From Escherichia coli (GTDB lineage Bacteria > Pseudomonadota > Gammaproteobacteria > Enterobacterales > Enterobacteriaceae): a stretch of 64,000 nucleotides of DNA. A program made the position numbers and the translations under genes. Below, piece after piece: positions 25,130 to 35,914 of the stretch (positions are counted from its first letter, which is position 1; every line of letters begins with the position of its first letter). The notes below the pieces were generated by a model. The model was given only the letters and a program-made list of their open reading frames with translations. It searched no databases and had not been told where the DNA came from. The stretch lies in assembly GCF_002854065.1 (NCBI RefSeq), contig NZ_CP024147.1. One strand, written 5' to 3'.

Positions 25130-26512
25130 GTGGCAAAAGCTCCAAAACGCGCCTTTGTTTGTAATGAATGCGGGGCCGATTATCCGCGCTGGCAGGGGCA
25201 GTGCAGTGCCTGTCATGCCTGGAACACCATCACCGAGGTGCGTCTTGCTGCGTCGCCAACGGTGGCGCGTAACGAGCGTCTCAGTGGCTATGCCGGTAGC
25301 GCCGGGGTGGCAAAAGTCCAGAAACTCTCCGACATCAGCCTTGAAGAGCTGCCGCGTTTTTCCACCGGATTTAAAGAGTTCGACCGCGTATTAGGCGGCG
25401 GCGTGGTACCGGGAAGTGCCATTCTGATTGGCGGTAACCCAGGCGCGGGGAAATCCACGCTGTTGCTGCAAACGCTGTGCAAACTGGCCCAGCAGATGAA
25501 AACGCTGTATGTCACCGGCGAAGAGTCGCTGCAACAGGTGGCAATGCGCGCTCATCGCCTTGGCCTGCCGACTGACAATCTCAATATGTTGTCGGAAACC
25601 AGCATCGAGCAGATCTGCCTGATTGCCGAAGAAGAGCAACCGAAGCTGATGGTAATTGACTCCATCCAGGTGATGCATATGGCGGATGTACAGTCATCGC
25701 CTGGTAGCGTGGCGCAGGTGCGTGAAACGGCGGCTTATTTGACACGCTTCGCCAAAACGCGCGGTGTGGCGATTGTCATGGTGGGGCACGTAACCAAAGA
25801 TGGCTCGCTGGCTGGCCCGAAAGTGCTGGAACACTGTATCGACTGTTCGGTGCTTCTGGATGGCGATGCCGACTCCCGTTTTCGCACCTTACGCAGCCAT
25901 AAAAACCGCTTCGGCGCGGTGAATGAGCTGGGCGTCTTCGCGATGACCGAACAGGGGCTGCGTGAAGTCAGCAACCCTTCCGCCATCTTTTTAAGCCGTG
26001 GCGATGAAGTGACCTCTGGTAGTTCAGTGATGGTGGTATGGGAAGGAACACGTCCGTTGCTGGTGGAGATCCAGGCGCTGGTCGATCACTCGATGATGGC
26101 GAATCCGCGCCGCGTGGCGGTAGGTCTGGAGCAAAACCGTCTGGCGATCCTGCTGGCTGTCTTGCACCGTCACGGTGGTCTGCAAATGGCCGATCAGGAT
26201 GTGTTTGTGAACGTGGTCGGCGGCGTGAAGGTAACGGAAACCAGCGCCGACTTAGCGTTACTGCTGGCGATGGTTTCCAGCCTGCGTGACAGACCGCTGC
26301 CACAGGATCTGGTGGTGTTTGGTGAAGTCGGGCTGGCAGGGGAGATCCGCCCGGTGCCCAGCGGTCAGGAACGAATCTCTGAAGCGGCGAAACACGGTTT
26401 TCGCCGGGCGATTGTTCCGGCGGCTAACGTACCGAAAAAAGCGCCGGAAGGGATGCAGATTTTTGGCGTTAAAAAACTCTCCGACGCGCTTAGCGTGTTC
26501 GACGACTTATAA
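25130..26512 (+). CDS. radA: DNA repair protein RadA (Sms)
   Basis: 460 aa, GTG start; zinc finger CNECGADYPRWQGQCSAC, Walker A GNPGAGKST. Confidence 0.93.
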   Translation: MAKAPKRAFVCNECGADYPRWQGQCSACHAWNTITEVRLAASPTVARNERLSGYAGSAGVAKVQKLSDISLEELPRFSTGFKEFDRVLGGGVVPGSAILIGGNPGAGKSTLLLQTLCKLAQQMKTLYVTGEESLQQVAMRAHRLGLPTDNLNMLSETSIEQICLIAEEEQPKLMVIDSIQVMHMADVQSSPGSVAQVRETAAYLTRFAKTRGVAIVMVGHVTKDGSLAGPKVLEHCIDCSVLLDGDADSRFRTLRSHKNRFGAVNELGVFAMTEQGLREVSNPSAIFLSRGDEVTSGSSVMVVWEGTRPLLVEIQALVDHSMMANPRRVAVGLEQNRLAILLAVLHRHGGLQMADQDVFVNVVGGVKVTETSADLALLLAMVSSLRDRPLPQDLVVFGEVGLAGEIRPVPSGQERISEAAKHGFRRAIVPAANVPKKAPEGMQIFGVKKLSDALSVFDDL

Positions 26513-26532
26513 TGAGAGATACGGAGGGAGAT

Positions 26533-27765
26533 ATGTCGTCATTTGATTACCTGAAAACTGCCATCAAGCAACAGGGCTGCACGCTACAGCAGGTAGCTGA
26601 TGCCAGCGGTATGACCAAAGGGTATTTAAGCCAGTTACTGAATGCCAAAATTAAAAGCCCCAGCGCGCAAAAGCTGGAGGCGTTGCACCGTTTTTTGGGG
26701 CTTGAATTTCCCCGACAGAAGAAAACCATTGGTGTCGTATTCGGTAAGTTCTACCCGCTGCATACCGGACATATCTACCTTATCCAGCGCGCCTGTAGCC
26801 AGGTTGACGAGCTGCATATCATTATGGGTTTTGACGATACCCGCGACCGCGCGTTGTTTGAAGACAGCGCCATGTCGCAGCAGCCCACGGTGCCGGATCG
26901 TCTGCGCTGGTTATTACAAACTTTTAAATATCAGAAAAATATTCGCATTCATGCTTTCAACGAAGAGGGCATGGAGCCGTATCCGCACGGCTGGGATGTG
27001 TGGAGCAACGGCATCAAAAAGTTTATGGCTGAAAAGGGGATTCAGCCGGACCTGATCTACACCTCGGAAGAAGCCGATGCGCCACAGTATATGGAACATC
27101 TGGGGATCGATACGGTGCTGGTCGATCCGAAACGTACCTTTATGAGTATCAGCGGTGCGCAGATCCGCGAAAACCCGTTCCGCTACTGGGAATATATTCC
27201 TACGGAAGTGAAGCCGTTCTTTGTACGTACCGTGGCGATCCTTGGTGGCGAGTCGAGCGGTAAATCCACCCTGGTAAACAAACTTGCCAATATCTTCAAT
27301 ACCACCAGTGCGTGGGAATATGGTCGCGATTATGTCTTTTCACACCTCGGCGGTGATGAGATCGCATTGCAGTATTCCGATTACGATAAAATCGCGCTGG
27401 GCCACGCACAATACATTGATTTTGCAGTGAAATATGCCAATAAAGTGGCGTTTATTGACACTGATTTTGTCACTACCCAGGCGTTCTGCAAAAAGTACGA
27501 AGGGCGTGAGCATCCGTTCGTACAGGCGTTGATTGATGAATACCGTTTCGATCTGGTGATCCTGCTGGAGAACAACACGCCGTGGGTGGCGGATGGTTTA
27601 CGCAGCCTCGGCAGTTCGGTGGATCGCAAAGAGTTCCAGAACTTGCTGGTGGAGATGCTGGAAGAGAACAATATCGAATTCGTGCGGGTTGAAGAGGACG
27701 ATTATGACAGCCGTTTCCTTCGCTGCGTGGAGCTGGTGCGGGAGATGATGGGGGAGCAGGGATAA
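26533..27765 (+). CDS. nadR: Bifunctional NMN adenylyltransferase / ribosylnicotinamide kinase / repressor NadR
   Basis: 410 aa from MSSFDYLKTAIKQQGCTLQQVADASGMTKGYLSQ (HTH) with two nucleotide-binding domains. Confidence 0.93.
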   Translation: MSSFDYLKTAIKQQGCTLQQVADASGMTKGYLSQLLNAKIKSPSAQKLEALHRFLGLEFPRQKKTIGVVFGKFYPLHTGHIYLIQRACSQVDELHIIMGFDDTRDRALFEDSAMSQQPTVPDRLRWLLQTFKYQKNIRIHAFNEEGMEPYPHGWDVWSNGIKKFMAEKGIQPDLIYTSEEADAPQYMEHLGIDTVLVDPKRTFMSISGAQIRENPFRYWEYIPTEVKPFFVRTVAILGGESSGKSTLVNKLANIFNTTSAWEYGRDYVFSHLGGDEIALQYSDYDKIALGHAQYIDFAVKYANKVAFIDTDFVTTQAFCKKYEGREHPFVQALIDEYRFDLVILLENNTPWVADGLRSLGSSVDRKEFQNLLVEMLEENNIEFVRVEEDDYDSRFLRCVELVREMMGEQG

Positions 27766-27798
27766 CCGCGATGAAACGGCTCAAAGGCGAGGTATAAA

Positions 27799-27966
27799 AT
27801 GAGTTTTTTTGATGAGTTGAAAACCTCTCTGGAAGAGGCTGTCGAGATTAAACAAGGTTTGAAAGAACCAGCACGGATGACCCGCTACGAAATTGCGGAT
27901 GCTAAGGCTGTTGTAGACCGGAAAAGGTGTTCACGCCGCATCCGGCATTCGGTGCTCAATGCCTGA
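27799..27966 (+). other. 55-codon ORF with good SD; last ~15 codons are REP-derived; possible remnant of an HTH-antitoxin-like gene
   Basis: MSFFDELKTSLEEAVEIKQGLKEPARMTRYEIADAKAVVDRKRCSRRIRHSVLNA*; SD ggcgagg 8 nt upstream; not in the ORF track because it is under 60 aa. Confidence 0.3.
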
Positions 27967-28065
27967 TGCGACGCTTACCGCGTCTTATCAGGCCTGGAGA
28001 TTCACAACGTATTGAAATTTCTTGGTTTGTAGGCCGGATAAGGCGTTCACGCCGCATCCGGCATT
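27917..28065. repeat. REP/BIME elements between nadR and ettA
   Basis: gaaaaggtgttcacgccgcatccggc ... gcctgatgcgacgcttaccgcgtcttatcaggcc ... gccggataaggcgttcacgccgcatccggc. Confidence 0.8.
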
Positions 28066-28072
28066 TTACGCA

Positions 28073-29740
28073 TTACTTCGCAATACGCTTGTACTTGATA
28101 CGCTTCGGCTCCAGTGCGTCTGCGCCCAGCGTGCGTTTCTTGTACTCTTCGTACTCAGTAAAGTTACCTTCGAAGAACTCAACTTTACCTTCATCCTGGT
28201 AGTCCAGGATGTGCGTGGCGATACGGTCGAGGAACCAACGGTCGTGCGAGATAACCATCGCACAGCCCGGGAACTCCAGCAGGGCGTTTTCCAGCGCGCG
28301 CAGGGTTTCGATATCCAGGTCGTTGGTTGGTTCGTCGAGCAGCAGCATGTTGCCGCCAACCTGCAGCAGCTTCGCCAGATGCAGACGACCGCGCTCACCA
28401 CCGGAAAGTTCACCAACGCGTTTACCCTGATCAACCCCTTTAAAGTTAAAGCGGCCAACGTAGGCGCGGCTTGGCATCTCGGTGTTGCCGATCTTCATAA
28501 TATCCAGCCCGCCGGAAACTTCTTCCCAAACGGTTTTGCTGTTATCCATTGAGTCACGGAACTGATCAACCGATGCCAGTTTCACCGTTTCACCTAAAGT
28601 GATGGTGCCGCTGTCCGGCTGTTCCTGACCAGAGATCATACGGAACAGGGTCGATTTACCCGCGCCGTTCGGACCGATGATCCCGACGATTGCCCCTTTT
28701 GGGATCGAGAAGCTCAGGTCATCAATCAGCAGGCGATCACCGTAGGATTTACGCAGGTTGCTGACTTCCAGCACTTTATCGCCCAGACGCGGTCCAGGTG
28801 GAATAAACAGTTCGTTGGTTTCGTTACGTTTCTGATATTCGGTGCTGTTCAGCTCTTCAAAGCGTGCCAGACGTGCTTTACCTTTCGACTGGCGGCCTTT
28901 AGTTCCCTGACGTACCCACTCCAGCTCTTTCTCGATCGACTTACGACGCGCCGCTTCTTGTGAAGCTTCCTGCGCCAGGCGCTGATCTTTCTGCTCCAGC
29001 CAGGAGGAGTAGTTGCCTTCCCACGGAATACCTTCACCGCGGTCAAGTTCGAGGATCCAGCCTGCAACGTTATCGAGGAAGTAACGGTCGTGAGTAATCG
29101 CCACAACGGTGCCTTCGAAGTCGTGCAGGAAGCGTTCCAGCCAGGCCACGGATTCGGCATCCAGGTGGTTGGTCGGTTCGTCGAGCAGCAGCATGTCTGG
29201 TTTTTCCAGAAGCAGGCGGCACAACGCCACGCGACGACGCTCACCACCGGAGAGGTTAGCGATTTTCGCGTCCCAGTCCGGCAGACGCAGCGCATCCGCC
29301 GCACGCTCCAGCTGTACGTTCAGGTTATGACCGTCGTGAGCCTGAATGATCTCTTCCAGACGGCCTTGTTCAGCGGCCAGCTTGTCAAAATCGGCATCCG
29401 GATCGGCGTACAGCGCATACACTTCATCCAGGCGTTTCAGGGCGTTAACCACTTCAGAAACCGCTTCTTCAATGGACTCACGCACGGTGTGTTCCGGGTT
29501 CAGCTGCGGTTCCTGCGGCAGATAACCAATCTTGATGTCTGGCTGCGGACGTGCTTCACCTTCGATGTCTTTATCAATGCCCGCCATAATGCGCAGCAGG
29601 GTAGACTTACCCGCGCCGTTCAGACCCAGGACACCAATTTTTGCCCCAGGGAAGAAACTCAGAGAGATGTTTTTCAAAATATGACGTTTCGGCGGAACAA
29701 CTTTGCCGACACGATGCATGGTATAAACGAATTGAGCCAC
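28073..29740 (-). CDS. ettA: Energy-dependent translational throttle EttA (ABC-F ATPase)
   Basis: 555 aa; two ABC cassettes (GLNGAGKST, GPNGAGKST; LSGGERRRVAL, LSGGERGRLHL). Confidence 0.95.
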   Translation of the reverse strand: MAQFVYTMHRVGKVVPPKRHILKNISLSFFPGAKIGVLGLNGAGKSTLLRIMAGIDKDIEGEARPQPDIKIGYLPQEPQLNPEHTVRESIEEAVSEVVNALKRLDEVYALYADPDADFDKLAAEQGRLEEIIQAHDGHNLNVQLERAADALRLPDWDAKIANLSGGERRRVALCRLLLEKPDMLLLDEPTNHLDAESVAWLERFLHDFEGTVVAITHDRYFLDNVAGWILELDRGEGIPWEGNYSSWLEQKDQRLAQEASQEAARRKSIEKELEWVRQGTKGRQSKGKARLARFEELNSTEYQKRNETNELFIPPGPRLGDKVLEVSNLRKSYGDRLLIDDLSFSIPKGAIVGIIGPNGAGKSTLFRMISGQEQPDSGTITLGETVKLASVDQFRDSMDNSKTVWEEVSGGLDIMKIGNTEMPSRAYVGRFNFKGVDQGKRVGELSGGERGRLHLAKLLQVGGNMLLLDEPTNDLDIETLRALENALLEFPGCAMVISHDRWFLDRIATHILDYQDEGKVEFFEGNFTEYEEYKKRTLGADALEPKRIKYKRIAK

Positions 29741-29950
29741 GTTGGACTTCGCCTCTATGTTTATCGTGATGATGAGTTTTCAAAGGCGAAGTGTAGCCTT
29801 TTTCCCCGCCTAATCCCAGTTGGTCGATCACCTTCGCAGTAAAAGTAAAAAAGTGTCCGTAACGTGGCGTAAACGGCAATGACTGGTTAGCATAAATCTA
29901 TTACGCGGCATGACGCTGCATTGATGTATTTACACTTAGAGGATGCGCTT

Positions 29951-31888
29951 GTGGAAAAAGCCAAACAAGTTACCTGGCGGCTGTTGGCTGCCGGTGTCTG
30001 TCTGCTGACGGTCAGCAGCGTGGCGCGAGCCGACTCACTGGATGAGCAGCGTAGCCGTTACGCGCAAATCAAGCAGGCCTGGGATAATCGACAGATGGAT
30101 GTGGTCGAACAAATGATGCCTGGACTGAAGGATTATCCGCTTTATCCCTACCTGGAATACCGCCAGATCACCGATGATCTGATGAATCAACCGGCGGTGA
30201 CGGTCACTAACTTTGTTCGCGCTAACCCCACGCTTCCTCCCGCTCGCACGCTGCAATCTCGTTTCGTCAATGAACTGGCGCGGCGTGAAGACTGGCGTGG
30301 CTTGTTAGCCTTTAGCCCGGAAAAGCCCGGAACTACCGAAGCGCAATGTAATTACTACTATGCGAAATGGAACACCGGGCAGAGTGAAGAAGCCTGGCAA
30401 GGGGCGAAAGAGCTGTGGCTAACCGGCAAGAGCCAGCCTAATGCCTGTGACAAGTTATTTAGCGTCTGGCGTGCGTCAGGTAAACAAGATCCGCTGGCGT
30501 ATTTAGAGCGTATCCGTCTGGCGATGAAAGCGGGTAACACTGGCCTGGTAACAGTGCTGGCAGGGCAGATGCCTGCCGATTACCAGACTATCGCCTCGGC
30601 AATCATTTCACTGGCGAATAACCCTAATACGGTACTGACCTTCGCGCGTACAACCGGAGCGACCGATTTTACCCGTCAAATGGCAGCGGTGGCGTTTGCC
30701 AGTGTGGCGCGGCAGGATGCTGAAAATGCACGGCTGATGATCCCGTCGCTTGCCCAGGCGCAGCAGCTTAATGAAGATCAGATTCAGGAGCTGCGCGATA
30801 TCGTCGCCTGGCGTTTGATGGGCAACGATGTCACCGACGAGCAGGCGAAATGGCGCGATGACGCCATTATGCGCTCGCAATCCACGTCGTTGATTGAACG
30901 CCGTGTGCGAATGGCACTTGGCACCGGCGATCGTCGCGGCCTGAATACCTGGCTGGCGCGTCTGCCGATGGAAGCAAAAGAGAAAGATGAATGGCGTTAC
31001 TGGCAGGCGGATTTATTGCTGGAACGCGGACGTGAAGCTGAAGCGAAAGAGATTTTGCATCAACTCATGCAACAGCGTGGTTTCTACCCGATGGTTGCAG
31101 CACAACGCATCGGAGAAGAGTATGAGCTGAAGATTGATAAAGCGCCGCAGAATGTTGACAGCGCCCTGACTCAGGGGCCGGAGATGGCGCGCGTGCGCGA
31201 GTTGATGTACTGGAATCTCGATAACACCGCGCGTAGCGAGTGGGCCAATCTGGTGAAGAGCAAGTCAAAAACAGAGCAGGCTCAACTGGCTCGGTATGCT
31301 TTCAATAACCAATGGTGGGATCTTAGCGTTCAGGCAACGATCGCCGGGAAGCTTTGGGATCATCTGGAAGAGCGATTCCCGCTGGCTTACAACGATCTTT
31401 TCAAACGTTACACCAGTGGGAAAGAGATCCCGCAAAGCTATGCGATGGCGATTGCCCGTCAGGAGAGCGCCTGGAATCCGAAAGTGAAATCACCGGTAGG
31501 GGCCAGCGGCCTGATGCAGATTATGCCTGGTACAGCGACCCATACGGTGAAGATGTTCTCTATTCCTGGTTATAGCAGCCCTGGGCAATTGCTGGATCCG
31601 GAAACGAATATCAACATTGGCACCAGTTACCTGCAATATGTTTATCAGCAGTTTGGCAATAACCGTATTTTCTCCTCAGCAGCTTATAACGCCGGACCTG
31701 GACGGGTGCGAACCTGGCTTGGCAACAGCGCCGGGCGTATCGACGCTGTGGCATTTGTCGAGAGTATTCCGTTCTCCGAGACGCGCGGTTATGTGAAGAA
31801 CGTGCTGGCTTATGACGCTTACTACCGTTATTTCATGGGGGATAAACCGACGTTGATGAGCGCCACGGAATGGGGACGTCGTTACTGA
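29951..31888 (+). CDS. slt: Soluble lytic murein transglycosylase Slt70
   Basis: 645 aa with GTG start; C-terminal lysozyme-like motif ESAWNPKVKSPVGASGLMQIMP. Confidence 0.93.
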   Translation: MEKAKQVTWRLLAAGVCLLTVSSVARADSLDEQRSRYAQIKQAWDNRQMDVVEQMMPGLKDYPLYPYLEYRQITDDLMNQPAVTVTNFVRANPTLPPARTLQSRFVNELARREDWRGLLAFSPEKPGTTEAQCNYYYAKWNTGQSEEAWQGAKELWLTGKSQPNACDKLFSVWRASGKQDPLAYLERIRLAMKAGNTGLVTVLAGQMPADYQTIASAIISLANNPNTVLTFARTTGATDFTRQMAAVAFASVARQDAENARLMIPSLAQAQQLNEDQIQELRDIVAWRLMGNDVTDEQAKWRDDAIMRSQSTSLIERRVRMALGTGDRRGLNTWLARLPMEAKEKDEWRYWQADLLLERGREAEAKEILHQLMQQRGFYPMVAAQRIGEEYELKIDKAPQNVDSALTQGPEMARVRELMYWNLDNTARSEWANLVKSKSKTEQAQLARYAFNNQWWDLSVQATIAGKLWDHLEERFPLAYNDLFKRYTSGKEIPQSYAMAIARQESAWNPKVKSPVGASGLMQIMPGTATHTVKMFSIPGYSSPGQLLDPETNINIGTSYLQYVYQQFGNNRIFSSAAYNAGPGRVRTWLGNSAGRIDAVAFVESIPFSETRGYVKNVLAYDAYYRYFMGDKPTLMSATEWGRRY

Positions 31889-31912
31889 TCCGCACGTTTA
31901 TGATATGCTATC

Positions 31913-31930
31913 GTACTCTTTAGCGAGTAC
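31913..31930 (+). promoter_or_regulatory. TrpR operator in the trpR promoter (autoregulation)
   Basis: gtactctttagcgagtac, near-palindrome similar to the trp operator consensus. Confidence 0.6.
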
Positions 31931-31962
31931 AACCGGGGGAGGCATTTTGCTTCCCCCGCTAA

Positions 31963-32304
<342 letters not shown>

Positions 32305-32310
32305 TTTTGT

Positions 32311-32450
32311 TGGCCTGATAAGACGTGGCGCATCAGGCATCGTGCACCGAATGCCGGATGCGGTGTGAACGCCTTATCCGTCCTACAAATACCCGTAATT
32401 TCAATATGTTTGGTAGGCATGATAAGACGCGGCAGCGTCGCATCAGGCGC
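32311..32450. repeat. REP elements between trpR and yjjX
   Basis: gcctgataagacgtggcgcatcaggc ... ggatgcggtgtgaacgccttatccg ... gataagacgcggcagcgtcgcatcaggc. Confidence 0.8.
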
Positions 32451-32975
<525 letters not shown>

Positions 32976-33014
32976 TCAGAAAATTAACGTTACAGCAGTA
33001 TACGGAAAAAAAGC

Positions 33015-33662
33015 ATGTTACAGGTATACCTAGTCCGCCACGGTGAAACGCAGTGGAACGCCGAGCGACGTATTCAGGGCCAGTCTGACAGCCCGCTGAC
33101 CGCCAAAGGTGAGCAACAGGCGATGCAGGTGGCGACGCGTGCCAAAGAGCTTGGCATTACGCATATCATCAGTAGCGATTTAGGGCGCACCCGGCGTACG
33201 GCGGAAATCATCGCCCAGGCCTGCGGCTGTGACATCATCTTTGATTCTCGCCTGCGTGAATTAAACATGGGTGTGCTGGAAAAAAGACATATCGATTCTC
33301 TGACCGAAGAAGAAGAGAACTGGCGTCGGCAGCTGGTCAATGGCACCGTTGACGGGCGTATTCCTGAAGGCGAGTCAATGCAGGAGCTCAGCGATCGCGT
33401 CAATGCGGCACTGGAATCTTGCCGGGACTTACCGCAGGGAAGCCGACCGCTGCTGGTGAGTCATGGTATTGCACTGGGATGCCTGGTGAGTACGATTCTC
33501 GGATTACCAGCATGGGCAGAGCGCCGCTTACGTCTGCGTAACTGTTCTATTTCGCGCGTGGATTATCAGGAAAGCCTGTGGCTGGCGTCTGGCTGGGTCG
33601 TTGAAACCGCAGGGGACATCTCGCATCTGGACGCCCCTGCATTAGATGAGCTGCAGCGTTAA
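33015..33662 (+). CDS. gpmB: Histidine-phosphatase-family phosphoglycerate mutase homolog GpmB (YtjC)
   Basis: 215 aa; RHGE motif LVRHGETQWN. Confidence 0.9.
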   Translation: MLQVYLVRHGETQWNAERRIQGQSDSPLTAKGEQQAMQVATRAKELGITHIISSDLGRTRRTAEIIAQACGCDIIFDSRLRELNMGVLEKRHIDSLTEEEENWRRQLVNGTVDGRIPEGESMQELSDRVNAALESCRDLPQGSRPLLVSHGIALGCLVSTILGLPAWAERRLRLRNCSISRVDYQESLWLASGWVVETAGDISHLDAPALDELQR

Positions 33663-34528
33663 CGGCGGATAGGAATCAGCAGTTCACAGCGCAGATTAAT
33701 TGGGCGATCTCCCGCTTTGGCGTCTTCTGCCGGGTAGTATCGCTCAATATCCTGACCTTTACGGCGCGTCAGGTTGAGCATTGGCATGCACGTTCCGTAT
33801 ACCGTCAGGATAAACTCCTGCACGCCGGTTCCCAGACCTTCATAGGTAAACATCACATATTCGCCGCCCTGCAGCATCACCGGATGCCCCGTCAGTACAT
33901 AGCCATCTGCCTGATCCTGGGCTAACGCGGTGGTATAGAATACCTCTTGTTCGTCGTCTTTATCCTGACTCGGACGCGTTTCATTCAGGCCGTAGAGCAC
34001 TGGCGGAATGGTCGGCGCGTTGCCGAGAAAATCGTGCCAGAACTGATAACGCATTTCATGGCGGAAATCAGAGATTTGCTCCAGCGAACAGGAGTAGCTC
34101 TGGGTAACACCAATCAGCGGCGTATCTTCCAGGGTGACAAATTTATGCTCTGGCATAGTGAATTCACCCAGACGCAGTGGCGGGCGAATACCAAAGGCGC
34201 TCCATTCAGGAGAACGGCGGTAAAGTGCAGGAGTCTGGGCAAACTGCTTCTTGAATGCGCGGGTAAATGTCTGTTGAGAGTCGAAGCGGTATTGCAGCGC
34301 GATGTCCAGAATCGGACGCGCAGTCAGGCGTAGTGCGACCGCCGATTTCGACAAACGACGAGCACGAATATACGCGCCAATAGCATGGCCAGTGACATCT
34401 TTAAACATTCTCTGTAAGTGCCACTTGGAATAACCTGCTTTCGCCGCTACATTGTCGAGCGACAGGGGCTGATCCAGATGACCTTCCAGCCAGATTAAAA
34501 GGTCGCGAATAATGCCGGCCTGATCCAT
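33659..34528 (-). CDS. rob: AraC/XylS-family right-origin-binding protein Rob
   Basis: 289 aa MDQAGIIRDLLIWLEGHLDQPLSL. Confidence 0.93.
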   Translation of the reverse strand: MDQAGIIRDLLIWLEGHLDQPLSLDNVAAKAGYSKWHLQRMFKDVTGHAIGAYIRARRLSKSAVALRLTARPILDIALQYRFDSQQTFTRAFKKQFAQTPALYRRSPEWSAFGIRPPLRLGEFTMPEHKFVTLEDTPLIGVTQSYSCSLEQISDFRHEMRYQFWHDFLGNAPTIPPVLYGLNETRPSQDKDDEQEVFYTTALAQDQADGYVLTGHPVMLQGGEYVMFTYEGLGTGVQEFILTVYGTCMPMLNLTRRKGQDIERYYPAEDAKAGDRPINLRCELLIPIRR

Positions 34529-34738
34529 AAAATATCCTCATCCTTTCAACAACGAGCACCTGACATCAGGTAATTGGATAATAGCATTTTTTGCTGTTTT
34601 AGCATTCAGTGTTTTTTTCTTAGTAGAGTATGTTTTAGGTCTTGACGGAAATAAAAGTATTGAGATTTTGTTCTTAATCAATATGTTATTTACCGTGACG
34701 AACTAATTGCTCGTGTAATAGATAAAAATGGTAACAAT

Positions 34739-35212
34739 ATGAAATACAAGCATTTGATCCTGTCTTTAAGCCTGATAATGCTGGGGCCATTGGCTCATGC
34801 AGAAGAGATTGGTTCGGTCGACACCGTATTTAAAATGATCGGCCCGGATCACAAAATTGTTGTGGAAGCCTTTGACGATCCCGATGTGAAAAATGTCACC
34901 TGTTATGTGAGCCGGGCGAAAACAGGTGGTATTAAAGGGGGATTGGGTCTGGCGGAAGATACCTCCGATGCGGCTATTTCTTGTCAGCAAGTCGGGCCGA
35001 TTGAACTGTCGGATCGTATTAAAAACGGCAAAGCTCAGGGCGAGGTAGTATTCAAAAAACGCACGTCCCTGGTCTTTAAGTCGTTACAGGTCGTGCGCTT
35101 TTATGACGCCAAACGCAACGCGCTCGCTTATCTGGCTTACTCCGACAAAGTTGTAGAAGGTTCGCCGAAAAACGCGATTAGCGCGGTTCCTGTCATGCCG
35201 TGGCGGCAATAA
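34739..35212 (+). CDS. creA: Periplasmic protein CreA
   Basis: 157 aa with signal peptide; precedes creBCD. Confidence 0.9.
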
Positions 35213-35224
35213 CAGAGGCGATTT

Positions 35225-35914
35225 ATGCAACGGGAAACGGTCTGGTTAGTGGAAGATGAGCAAGGGATAGCCGACACGCTGGTCTACATGTTGCAGCAGG
35301 AAGGTTTTGCCGTCGAGGTCTTTGAGCGAGGCTTGCCGGTGCTGGATAAAGCTCGCCAGCAGGCTCCCGACGTCATGATTCTCGATGTTGGTTTGCCTGA
35401 TATCAGCGGCTTTGAATTGTGCCGCCAGTTACTGGCGCTCCATCCGGCGTTACCTGTACTGTTCCTGACGGCCCGAAGTGAAGAGGTCGATCGCCTGCTT
35501 GGGCTGGAAATTGGCGCTGACGACTATGTGGCTAAACCGTTTTCACCCCGCGAAGTGTGCGCCAGGGTGCGCACCTTATTGCGTCGGGTGAAGAAGTTCT
35601 CGACGCCGTCTCCCGTCATCCGTATTGGTCATTTTGAATTGAATGAACCCGCGGCGCAGATCAGCTGGTTTGACACGCCATTAACGCTGACGCGGTATGA
35701 GTTTTTATTGCTGAAGACGTTACTCAAGTCGCCAGGCCGCGTCTGGTCCCGCCAGCAACTAATGGATAGCGTGTGGGAAGATGCGCAGGACACCTACGAT
35801 CGCACCGTCGATACCCACATTAAAACGCTGCGTGCCAAGCTGCGCGCCATCAACCCCGATCTTTCACCGATTAATACTCATCGCGGCATGGGATATAGCC
35901 TGAGGGGCCTGTAA
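35225..35914 (+). CDS. creB: Response regulator CreB (OmpR family)
   Basis: 229 aa; receiver Asp in ILDVGLPD. Confidence 0.93.
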   Translation: MQRETVWLVEDEQGIADTLVYMLQQEGFAVEVFERGLPVLDKARQQAPDVMILDVGLPDISGFELCRQLLALHPALPVLFLTARSEEVDRLLGLEIGADDYVAKPFSPREVCARVRTLLRRVKKFSTPSPVIRIGHFELNEPAAQISWFDTPLTLTRYEFLLLKTLLKSPGRVWSRQQLMDSVWEDAQDTYDRTVDTHIKTLRAKLRAINPDLSPINTHRGMGYSLRGL

